Of a stretch of DNA of 48,177 bases, positions 20,402 to 29,571 are shown one piece after another. Within the stretch, counting starts at the first letter, position 1. The number at the start of each line of letters is the position of its first letter. The notes beneath the pieces are model-generated. The model made no database searches and was not told the origin of the DNA. It saw only the letters and a program-made list of their open reading frames with translations. Source of the stretch: Candidatus Fraserbacteria bacterium (GTDB taxonomy: Bacteria; Bipolaricaulota; Bipolaricaulia; RBG-16-55-9); contig JBBIPG010000010.1 of NCBI GenBank assembly GCA_037442925.1, positions 1 through 48,177 on the forward strand, read 5' to 3'. The translations under genes and the position numbers were made by a program.

Positions 20402-21877
20402 CTACTGGAACCAGCGTGTCGGCATGCCGCTTAAGTCTATATTGACGTTCTTGAGCTGAGTATAGTGATAGAGGGTCTCAAACGCCAGCTCGCGCCCTAT
20501 GCCGCTTTGCTTGTAGCCTCCGAAGGGAACCCCATAGGGCATGACATTATACTGATTGATCCAGATGCATCCAGCCTCCACTCGTTGAGCGGTCTTATGA
20601 GCCATGCGCAGATCACTCGTCCAGATGCCCGCGCATAGTCCATATTCCACGCTGTTGACGTGAGCTATCATCGTCTCGTAGTCGCTCCATGTGAGTACAG
20701 AGACCACGGGGCCGAAGATCTCCTCTTGGGCAATTCTCATGTCGTTCTCGACGTTACCGAAGATGGTCGGCTCAACGAAGCAGCCCTTTTTCAGCGTCGG
20801 ATCTTGCGGGATTCTCCCGCCGCAGAGGAGCTTCGCTCCTTCTTTGATCCCTAGCTGGATGTAATCGAGTACCCGTTTCTGTTGTTCTTTAGAGACAAGA
20901 GTTCCCAATTGAGTGTCTGGCTGCTGTGGATCGCCCACGCGGATCGCTTGTGCTCTCGGGACAAGTTTGTCTATAAACGTGTCATACACGTCAGCGTGGA
21001 GGAAGAGCCGGGAACCTGCCACGCACTGCTGACCCGCGTTATAGAAGCCGCCCATGAGCACGCCTTCCAGAGCCGCTTCCAGATCAGCGTCAGGGAAGAC
21101 GATCTGAGGGTTCTTGCCGCCGAGCTCCAGCGTCACATCCGCTACGTGAGTGGCTGCCAAGGCCATGACCTGACGCCCGACTTCTGTAGAGCCTGTGAAG
21201 GCGATCTTCTTCACTTTGGGATGCTTGACTAGCGGAGTACCCACTTCGGTCCCGGAGCCGGTCAAGATATTAACCACGCCGCCCGGCACAATGTCGCTCA
21301 TGAGTTCAGCGAGTCTCAAGGCAGAAAGAGGGGTCTGCGCGGCAGGTTTTAAGATCGTGCAGTTTCCCGCGGCCAGAGCCGGTGCGAGCTTCCAGGCAGC
21401 CATGAGCAGGGGGAAGTTCCAGGGGATGATCTGGCCGACGACACCCAGAGGCTCTCTCACCACATAGTCAAGACGATCGCCGAAGACGGGCACAGTCTTT
21501 CCTTCGAGCTTGGTGGCTGCACCGCCGTAGTACTGAAAACATTCTGAGGCGAGATACACATCTAGGCGCGCCTCATTGATGGGTTTTCCCGTATCGAGGG
21601 TCTCGATCAACGCCAGCTCTTCGCTGTTCTCGCGGATCTTATCGGCAATCTTGAAGAGGGCACGTCCGCGCCAGTTGGCGTCGGTCTGACGCCATGACTG
21701 AAACGCGTTCCAGGCAGTATCTACTGCGCGATCGACGTCTTTTTCATTGGCGGATGCGACTCGGGCGAGAACATTGCCGGTAGCCGGATTGACGGTCTCA
21801 AACGTCCGCTTTGTGGAGCTTTCGACCCACTCGCCGCCGATGAACAGAGAATACTTTTCCTTTAATGGTGCTCCCAT
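20402..21877 (-). CDS. NAD-dependent aldehyde dehydrogenase
   Basis: IIPWNFP, FTGSTEVG, LELGGKNP (catalytic Glu), GQQCVAGS (catalytic Cys), EEIFGPV, PFGGYKQSG. Confidence 0.95.
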   Translation of the reverse strand: MGAPLKEKYSLFIGGEWVESSTKRTFETVNPATGNVLARVASANEKDVDRAVDTAWNAFQSWRQTDANWRGRALFKIADKIRENSEELALIETLDTGKPINEARLDVYLASECFQYYGGAATKLEGKTVPVFGDRLDYVVREPLGVVGQIIPWNFPLLMAAWKLAPALAAGNCTILKPAAQTPLSALRLAELMSDIVPGGVVNILTGSGTEVGTPLVKHPKVKKIAFTGSTEVGRQVMALAATHVADVTLELGGKNPQIVFPDADLEAALEGVLMGGFYNAGQQCVAGSRLFLHADVYDTFIDKLVPRAQAIRVGDPQQPDTQLGTLVSKEQQKRVLDYIQLGIKEGAKLLCGGRIPQDPTLKKGCFVEPTIFGNVENDMRIAQEEIFGPVVSVLTWSDYETMIAHVNSVEYGLCAGIWTSDLRMAHKTAQRVEAGCIWINQYNVMPYGVPFGGYKQSGIGRELAFETLYHYTQLKNVNIDLSGMPTRWFQ

Positions 21878-21910
21878 TGCTGAGTCAACCCCTCACTCGA
21901 TGGTTGGCAA

Positions 21911-21940
21911 ATGATAGCGGGGTACGAGTTAGGCTGTCAA
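21911..21940 (-). promoter_or_regulatory. sigma70-type promoter for the ALDH-crotonase-PPIase unit
   Basis: TTGACA (21940-21935), 18 bp, TATCAT (21916-21911). Confidence 0.6.
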
Positions 21941-24900
21941 CTATACTCGTCGGGCTTGTTGCCAGGCTTCGAGGATCTCGCGATTGGCCTGGATGTTCTG
22001 CAGGAAACTCGTGCGTCTCTTAGGGTCAGTGATTGCCTCAGCGCGCCCGATCAGTGCCTGATAAGCCTGCCTAAGATACTTCTTGGCTTCTTTCGGATGA
22101 TTGTTGGCGTATAGGGCTAATGCATGAGCGTAGTAGACTTCTTGAGGCGTGGCGTAAGGTTGCCCGTGCGCTAAGATTTCCACAGCCTCCTGCGAGGAAT
22201 TGAGTGCTTCCGCTGCTTGATTCGACTGCAAATGCACTCGCGTCTTCGTCGTCAGACAAGCCAAGATCAGGGAAGGGCAGGACATCTTGCGCTCCAGCTG
22301 CAGAGCTTCCTCAAGGGGCGCAAGGGCACGATCAGGCTGTCCTAGATCCAGGTGGACTTGCGAAAGAGCACGTAGGGCTTGTGTCATCTCCGCTAGGTGC
22401 CCTCTTGCGCGAGAGCTCTCGATCTCCTTCTCGTAGAATTCTTTCGCTTGCTCATAATGTCCAAGGCCGTAATGCGCTAACCCCCGACTCAGAAAAAGAA
22501 TATCCGGACGATTGACGATTCCCAGGGCGATTCGCAAAGCGCGCTCATGGCACTCGAGCGCACGCCCGTATTCTCCGCACGCTTGATGCACCTATCCCAG
22601 TTCCTCCCAGCTTTGGGAGATGTACCCTTCGTCGTTGAGCTGGGGCGAGACATCGAGGGCACGTTTTGCATATTCCATGGCACCATCGTATTGCCCTAGC
22701 TCTTGATGCACCGCGCGCAGCCCACGGAGGCAGTCGAATGTGGAGAAGATGTGCTCCCGAGAACCTTGAGCGAGAGTGAGCGCCTCTTCGTAGAGGGTTT
22801 TAGCGCGCTGTGGATCACCTAGCATAAGACGGGCGCTGCCCAGCAGAGCCAAGCTCCAACATCGGCAATCATGCAGAGTCTGCACTCGTTCGCAGACTCG
22901 CAGCGATTCTCTCGCGTCGTCGAGAGCTTCACGAAAACGACCCAATCTTTTGCGGATGAATGACCTCCGATAGAGGGCATTCCAGAGCTTTTCTGAGTCA
23001 CCCAGCTCTTGCGCCATATCGATGAGCCGGTCGAGGATCTCGATTTGGCGCTGGTGCGCGCGTAGACAGTAGAGAGTACTGTCCATGGCAGAGAGGATCT
23101 TCCAGTGTTTATCGCGTAGAGAAATATCCGAAAATCGGCGCTGACGCAGCTTCTCCAGTAATGCCAGGGCCCGCTCCGCCAAAGCCATGGACTCGTGATG
23201 GCGGTAATTGTCCATCGCGTAGTTATGAGCTTTCAATATATAATCTAAGGCTTTTTCAAGCTCGTTGGCGTGTTCGAAATGTTGTGCGATCACGGCCGCT
23301 TGACTGGCTTGGTTGCCCGCGCGACTCTCCAGGACTTGTGCGACATGGTGATGGAGCCGCCTGCGCCGGTCTGCTTCCATGTGCTCGTAAACAACTTCAC
23401 GGATCAGATCGTGGCTGAACTCGTAAGCCGGCCGCGGTCCGCTGATCTTCTTTGTAATCAGGTGCGCCCAGGTCAAACTTTCGATCAAGTCGGTGTGCTC
23501 ACCTTCCACAACCGTACCTAGCAATTCGGCATCAAACGATTGCCCCAGCACGGAAGCCCACGTGAGCAGCTCCCGCTCGGTTTCGCTCAAACGTCCAACT
23601 CGTTTGAGCACGAGTTCCTGAACGCTGGGAGAGATGAAGAGCTCTCGGTAGTTTGCTGTAACATCTTCCACATCCGTCCACCAGCCGCTACCCTTCTGTC
23701 GGATGACGCCGGCTTCAAAGAACGATTGCAGGGCCGATGTCAGGAAGAAGGGGTTGCCGCCGGTTCGTCGGTGCAAGTGGCGGCCCAAGAGGTCGTGCTT
23801 GGGCAACGTGGGAGCCAGCTTTGCCACCAGAGCTTCAAAGGCCGACGGGAGCAGGCAGTTCAAGTGCAAAATGGCCAGCGTGGAATCGCGCGTCCCTTCA
23901 CGGATCAGAGCTGTCAGCCGGGGGTTGCCGGTTAGTTCTTCGCTTCGGTAAGAGCCCAGCAGCAGCATGAACTTGTCGGCGAGCCGAGGCAGAAGATACT
24001 CGACGAAATCTAGCGTAGAGGGGTCCATCCAGTGCAGATCATCGAGCCAGAGGGTCAAGGGATGGTCTTCGGAGGCCAAGCCCGCGAAAAACTGCGTCAG
24101 TCCGTCGAGTCGGCGCGTGTGCCCTGGCTCCGATGGGGTTTCAACGGAGACGTCTAGGGCATGTAGGCGAACGCGCAGACCGGGGACCAGTTCAGCAACC
24201 TCCGCCAAGCAGGCGGTCGAGAGTAGCTTGAGCTCTGCCGGTTCTAAGAGCAAGAGTTCATCTTCGACGGCCTCGATCAAGGGGTGGAAGCCCGACAGTT
24301 TCTGAAGCTCATCTCCACGGCCGCGCAAGACCCGCACCGGGCGGCGTTGGCGGGCATAGCTGATCAGCTCTTGAATGAGACGTGTCTTCCCCACTCCGGC
24401 CTCGCCGCTGATAAAGATCGCCCGACCCTGACCGGCGCACACCGCTTCCCAGGATTCGACCAAGCGCTGAACTTCAGCTTCTCGCCCCACGAAGGGCAAC
24501 CGGCCCAGCGAGACCAGCACCCGCCTACGCCGGTGCTTTGGTCGACGGTATTGATCTACACCCTTCACTTGGCCCTTGAGGATCTGCTCGTGCAGTTCCT
24601 GCACACTCGAGGAGGGCAAACTGCCCAACTGCTCTTGAAGAGTACGCGCGCACTCTTCGTATGCCTTGAGTGCTTGGGCTCGCTCTCCGGATAAATACGC
24701 ATAGAGCATCCACTGCTCATAGAAGCTCTCGCGCCACGGTTGCTTGGCCAAGCCTTGGCGCACCCAATGGATCGCCTTCTGGAAGTGTCCCATGCGCGCC
24801 TGACAGTCGCTAAGATGCTCCAGCACATTGAGATAGCGTTCTTGCCACTCTCGGGAGATCTCAAAGGCCCAGGCTTCATAGCGGTCTTCGGCGAGATAAT

Positions 24901-25339
24901 CGCCTTGAAAGAGCTCGGCCGCCGTCTGATATTCGCGGACTGCCAGTCCGAGTTGACCATCGCGCTCGAGCTTTCGACCGGATTCCCAAGCGCGTGTGAA
25001 CTCCTGAGTATCGCTCGTATAGAATGGGGCTTGCGGGTTGAAACAATAACCGAAGGGGCGCGTAAGGATATATTGAGACTGGGAGCCTCGCGATAGATTG
25101 GGCTCCAAAGCTTGGCGCAGTTCGCTAATGCGCTTGCGCAAGTTTACAGCAGCGATCTGGGGAGGGACATCGGGCCAGAGCCATTCGATCAGCTCGTCGT
25201 GCCGAAAGACGCGACCCAGATGCGTCAAGAGGATCTTGAGCAGGGTCTTTGGTTTGCCCAAATGGGTAAGCCGCGGGGTCAAGTCCTCCTGATCCCGCCA
25301 GACGCGAAACTCACCGAAGAGCTGAACTCGTAGTGTCAT
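21941..25339 (-). pseudogene. SARP (wHTH-BTAD)-STAND ATPase-TPR transcriptional regulator interrupted by one in-frame TAG (22592-22594)
   Basis: LRVQLFGEFRV/ELIEWLWPD wHTH; BTAD (PWRESFYEQWM...AQALKAY); FVGREAE, Walker A GEAGVGKT, Walker B LDDLHW, GGNPFF, FSHDLIREVVY; TPRs continue in frame across the TAG into ORF 21941-22591. Start uncertain (25339-25432); the ATG at 25432 overlaps a TATAAT. Confidence 0.88.
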
Positions 25340-25520
25340 CCAACTTGGAGCGGACAATGGAGATGTCGGTGACGCTTTTTTGTCTCGGTGTTGGCGCTGT
25401 GCTCGCTTCCACCTCCATGTGGCATACAGCATTATACTGTGTCGCCGGAAAACGAACCTCTCTGCCGGGGTTGTCCATAAAGGACCCTGCTGGATTTCGT
25501 TTTCTGATGGGCAATTCCGT

Positions 25521-25557
25521 TATCGCACATCTATCGCACATTGGGGGTCTATACTTT
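25521..25557 (+). promoter_or_regulatory. SARP-type activator-dependent promoter: 10-bp direct repeat at 11-bp period, 8 bp before the -10
   Basis: TATCGCACAT (25521-25530), C, TATCGCACAT (25532-25541), 8 bp, TATACT (25550-25555); no canonical -35. Confidence 0.75.
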
Positions 25558-25633
25558 GAGCTGAAGCGATCCGAGGCGGGGCTGTCAAGTTGGCCCCGTT
25601 TCGGGCGACAGACAGAGCAGGAGGATGATCAAA

Positions 25634-26740
25634 ATGACAAACTACAAGTTCAGTCACAAGCGGATCGTACAGGCGCTGGGGCTCTTGGCTCTAAGCTTGG
25701 TGATGTTGGTCGGAAGTGCAGAGTACGGGCAGACGCAGGAACAATCGCAAGCAACGCTAACTTTCGAGACGGCGACAGATCGTAACGGCAGCGTAAACGT
25801 TCAGATACCCATTCCAGGCAACGTATCGCTGTTTGTGAGGTTTATGGTGAACCTCAGCACAACTCCGCATAGTCTGCTGATGAATACCCTCATCGGCATC
25901 GAAATCGTTGGCAAGCCTGGTGTGGAGAAGATCGAGCATTTCGAACGAATACGGTTCTCAGCGGGTTCTGGTTTTCTCTTTGCGGACTTGCCAATGTCAG
26001 CTTTCAAGGTGGAATCGTCAGTGGCAGCCAATCAGGAAGAGAAAGATAGAGCTAAAGGCAGATTCACTTCGATGAGCACACAGCAGGGTGGCACGACAGT
26101 CTCGCCGAATAACTCCCAGCAGAAGGTCGGCTTGGAGGCAGTATGCCGAGTGGATGCAGTGAGAGGCGACGTCCAAATCAAGCGCGCGGGCACGGATAAG
26201 TGGGAGCCACTGACGAAAGATTCGGTCGTTCGCAAGGGTGATGAAATTAAGAGCGGGCCAAGAAGCGGGGCGGTACTAAAATGTGGAGAGAATATAATTG
26301 TGCGGGTTCATGCGAGCGATTCCCTCACGCTGACCGACGCCTACTTCGATCCGGAAAGAGTCAGGACCGAGTTCCGGCTCGATAGAGCGGCAGTTTTCAT
26401 CATGACAGAAGAGGAAAAACAGAGGGAATCGAAAGTCATGACGCCCCACGCCACCGCAACTGTTCGGGGCAGCTTGTTCAAAGTCGATCACGACCTAGCG
26501 CAGGCTGGTCTTTCAGAGATCATCGTCGTAAAAGGAATCGCCGAGATCAAAACCCTACCCACAGGTAAGAACAAGATGACGATCACTGGACCCGGTAGTT
26601 GCGACGAAGGCGGGATCAGAGTCACGATTGACAAAGACGAGAATATCTCTCAGCCCGAGCTGGTCCCTATTGATCGAGAGGAATGGACATTCGAGAGCGA
26701 AGATGGAAGCCAGAAAATAGATTTTTGTGCAGAGGGTTGA
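25634..26740 (+). CDS. Secreted FecR-domain protein
   Basis: AGGAGG SD; signal peptide (KRIVQALGLLALSLVMLVG); FecR-like segment VRGDVQIKR..W.PL....V..GDEIKSG...TPHATATVRGSLFKV...IIVVKG. Confidence 0.75.
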   Translation: MTNYKFSHKRIVQALGLLALSLVMLVGSAEYGQTQEQSQATLTFETATDRNGSVNVQIPIPGNVSLFVRFMVNLSTTPHSLLMNTLIGIEIVGKPGVEKIEHFERIRFSAGSGFLFADLPMSAFKVESSVAANQEEKDRAKGRFTSMSTQQGGTTVSPNNSQQKVGLEAVCRVDAVRGDVQIKRAGTDKWEPLTKDSVVRKGDEIKSGPRSGAVLKCGENIIVRVHASDSLTLTDAYFDPERVRTEFRLDRAAVFIMTEEEKQRESKVMTPHATATVRGSLFKVDHDLAQAGLSEIIVVKGIAEIKTLPTGKNKMTITGPGSCDEGGIRVTIDKDENISQPELVPIDREEWTFESEDGSQKIDFCAEG

Positions 26741-26776
26741 GCGAGCAAGCAAAGCTAGTAAGCTTTGTGGATAACG

Positions 26777-26805
26777 GAGGGCCGGGGCTGCCCGGCCCTC
26801 TCTTC
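26777..26805 (+). terminator. GC-rich stem-loop after the FecR-domain gene
   Basis: GAGGGCCGGG-GCTG-CCCGGCCCTC (10-bp perfect stem) followed by only a weak U tract (TCTTC). Confidence 0.55.
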
Positions 26806-26858
26806 GTCACGTTCCCGTCTTTGAGCTTGGCCGCTGCAAGTGAGAGAGGAGGATGTCT

Positions 26859-26972
26859 ATGAGAACGTTGCGGAGATTGGGCGTGGGCATGATCTTGACA
26901 TACAGCCTTACGGCTGGATCTGAATCTGCGGCCGCCCTTTCGCAGGTGGCGGATTCACGTAACGCTTCGTGA
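26859..26972 (+). pseudogene. Possible 5' remnant of a secreted-protein gene
   Basis: AGGAGG SD, then MRTLRRLGVGMILT (signal-peptide-like start), which runs into the 3' end of the convergent gene. Confidence 0.35.
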
Positions 26973-28218
26973 CGGTGGCTGTCGTCCCATCGCGCTCGAA
27001 ACCGAAGCTGATGATGAAATCTTGAGCTTCTGCGGCAAGCCCTTCGATGGCTACGAAGTACTTCCCCGGTCGAAGCAATGCGCCACCCAGTCTCACCGAC
27101 TTGACCCCCGAAAGCCCCAGCGACGAGACATCAGCTATGACGCGACCATCTTCGATCTCTACGGGTTTCTCAAAGCGAATGTGCACATTGAGCGAGCCTG
27201 AGCCCTCGATGTCGATGTTGATGGCTTTCACGCCGCTTTCGACTTCCAGCACATATTGAGTGAGTGCCAGCGTGCCGCCCTCAGTCTGGAGCAATCTCTC
27301 GAGAAAGTCGAGAAGCCCCTGGCCTTGGAACTCGACTCGTCCATCTGCCGAGCCGTTCGCCCGGAATGGTCCGCTCAAGAAGGGGATCCCTGCCGCTGCG
27401 ATGCTGAATTGCTGATCTGTGCCCTCCCGATTCTCCACAGCCAGATAGTACGTGCCGATCTTGAGTTGCGCTCCTTTGATGAGCATGAATTCAAACCCCG
27501 TAGGAGAGACGAGCGAGAAATCGGCGACCACTTCCCTGCTACTAGCTGCGAGTGCACAATCGCGCTGAAGATGCAGGTCGATGTTCCCACCGCTTTCGCT
27601 GCGCAACGCGATGGCCAAGGCCTTCGTGTCCTTGGTGATTTCGATTGCATATTGCCGTTCCGCAAGCGAAGAGGTGCCCGCTGTGACGGCCTCTACCGAG
27701 CCTGTCTGCACACGGCCGGGCTCCAGTTGAATGGCATTCTGGGCCAGATGCTCTTGTTCTTGGGAGCACTTCCGGCAAGGGTCAAGCGTCACGGTCAATT
27801 CAAATGGCTGAGGAGATTCATTCGGGTTGCCGATGGCGATGTAGTACGTCCCGGCAGCCAGATTGCCACCGGACACTGTGATCGTGTCGGGGCCGATTTC
27901 ATCTGCAAAGGCAATCACCGTCTCGTCCAGACGATTCTGATCGACGGGTTCCCCTCGATTGACGAAGAGATCCAGATCCCAGTCGCCATCCACACCGGAG
28001 GGTGGGCGCAGGTCGATGACCAGCTTCGTGGCCCCCTCCGGGACTTCCATGACGTACTGTCTGTCACAGATGACGAACGGTCCGGGACAAGAAGCGGATT
28101 CCGTCAGCGTCTCGTTGCATTGTATTGGTACGAGTTCAGCTTGTCCGACGGCAGGCTGAGATATGCTGAGCCCGATGACCCAGACAAGCCCCATGGCGTA
28201 GATCACTCCACGGATCAT
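26908..28218 (-). CDS. Secreted protein with three PPC-like (pre-peptidase C-terminal) beta-sandwich domains
   Basis: Signal peptide; three repeats with D/N-x-D/N-L-[FH]-V and GTYY[IL]A[IV] motifs; start overlaps the upstream paralog's stop (TGATG) with AAGGAGG SD. Confidence 0.75.
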   Translation of the reverse strand: MIRGVIYAMGLVWVIGLSISQPAVGQAELVPIQCNETLTESASCPGPFVICDRQYVMEVPEGATKLVIDLRPPSGVDGDWDLDLFVNRGEPVDQNRLDETVIAFADEIGPDTITVSGGNLAAGTYYIAIGNPNESPQPFELTVTLDPCRKCSQEQEHLAQNAIQLEPGRVQTGSVEAVTAGTSSLAERQYAIEITKDTKALAIALRSESGGNIDLHLQRDCALAASSREVVADFSLVSPTGFEFMLIKGAQLKIGTYYLAVENREGTDQQFSIAAAGIPFLSGPFRANGSADGRVEFQGQGLLDFLERLLQTEGGTLALTQYVLEVESGVKAINIDIEGSGSLNVHIRFEKPVEIEDGRVIADVSSLGLSGVKSVRLGGALLRPGKYFVAIEGLAAEAQDFIISFGFERDGTTATVTKRYVNPPPAKGRPQIQIQP

Positions 28219-29552
28219 CACGAACCTCCTTCGACGTTGATCGTCAGCGTGTACTTCTGAGGTTCCTGCCCGATGCTCTCGACAGCGACATAATACGTTC
28301 CCGCCGGGAAAAGACCACCCGTCAGGACCATGCTCCCGGAAAGCTCCTTCACAGACGTCGAAAGATCGGAGACCACTCGCCCATCGGCGATCTCCACCGG
28401 CTTGGCCCATCGAATGTGAACGCGCAGCACACTGGGGACTTCTCCCGTCAGTTCGACTCGCAGCCCCTGGATCGCGCTCGATACGGAGATCGCATACTGC
28501 GTGAGCGCAAGGCGACCCTGGCCGGTCTTGAGCTGCCGCTCGATGAGGGCTCGCAGACGTTCATCCATGATCGTTGTGCTTGCCGTGTCCGCACTGAAGG
28601 GCTGGCCAAAATCGCTCGCTTTCACCTTGCGGATATTCGGCACTAAAAGAGCGGTGAGGGCGAACGGTTGCTCAAAGCTTTCTGGGTTCTCCACAGCGAA
28701 GTAGATCAGGGATGTGCCCTTCAGTTGACCACTGGAGATGAAGAAAAGCCCTGACACATCATAAAGGGAGAAATCTGCGGCGATGGTTCCATTTTGGGAC
28801 TCGACAGGGCGCCCGACACCCACATGCAGGTTCAGTGTGCCCGTCCCCTGCTTGACGAGCGACAGAGCCAGCGTTCTCGTGCCTGTCGGAATCTCGAGAA
28901 GAAATTGCTGATCAGGTGGCGTGAGGCTCTGTGGCGCGGCCTGACCGGTCCTGGGCTCTCCGGGTAGCAGGAAGCATTCAGGGCAAGGGGGAAGAGGAGG
29001 TGGAGTCAATTGAGCTGTTAGGCGATAGTCTTGCGGTCCGGGGCGGTCGAATTCGAAGTTGAGCACGGCAATGTAGTACATGACAGCCTGCAGAGGAGGC
29101 TCTGAGTTTGCGTCAATGGTCAGTGTCTCTTCCCCTGTTTCTGAGCGTGCGAGGTAGTCGGCTTGGATGAGACACCTGCCACCCTGCAGGGCTAATCCTA
29201 CGGGCTGGCCCACGCGCACGATGAGATCGATGTCTGCATTGCGGTTGGTCAGATTGAGCAACTCTAGCCGCAGCTGCGCTTGGCCCGCATCCAGTTCGGC
29301 AGTGGACGGCACCACGATCGTATATTGCGTTGTATCGAAGGCTCCGACATCTCCTACGGTCGAACGCACAGTCCCTTCCACGGGGATATTGTGCATGAGA
29401 GGCACAATCTCTTGAGGTCGGTTCTCCTCAATGGGGCAGGCCCCTTGTGCCTGAGCAGGAAGACTTGATCCAGAGCCCACGCCCAGAAACAAAACAGTGA
29501 GGATGAGCACGAACCCCCAGTTTCCTACTCTCCAATGGAAAAGTGTCAACAT
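28218..29552 (-). CDS. Secreted protein with three PPC-like domains (paralog of the downstream gene)
   Basis: Signal peptide; DIDLIVRVGQPV, LNLHVGVGRPV, VHIRWAKPVEIADGRVVSDLS, GTYYVAVE. Confidence 0.75.
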   Translation of the reverse strand: MLTLFHWRVGNWGFVLILTVLFLGVGSGSSLPAQAQGACPIEENRPQEIVPLMHNIPVEGTVRSTVGDVGAFDTTQYTIVVPSTAELDAGQAQLRLELLNLTNRNADIDLIVRVGQPVGLALQGGRCLIQADYLARSETGEETLTIDANSEPPLQAVMYYIAVLNFEFDRPGPQDYRLTAQLTPPPLPPCPECFLLPGEPRTGQAAPQSLTPPDQQFLLEIPTGTRTLALSLVKQGTGTLNLHVGVGRPVESQNGTIAADFSLYDVSGLFFISSGQLKGTSLIYFAVENPESFEQPFALTALLVPNIRKVKASDFGQPFSADTASTTIMDERLRALIERQLKTGQGRLALTQYAISVSSAIQGLRVELTGEVPSVLRVHIRWAKPVEIADGRVVSDLSTSVKELSGSMVLTGGLFPAGTYYVAVESIGQEPQKYTLTINVEGGS

Positions 29553-29571
29553 ACTTCCCCTCCTTGGAATC

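Noticed and set aside
22592..22594. Pyrrolysine or genome-wide TAG recoding
   Set aside because: TAG ends several intact genes in this window at their expected C-termini, no pyl genes are present here, and the site is an ordinary TPR position.
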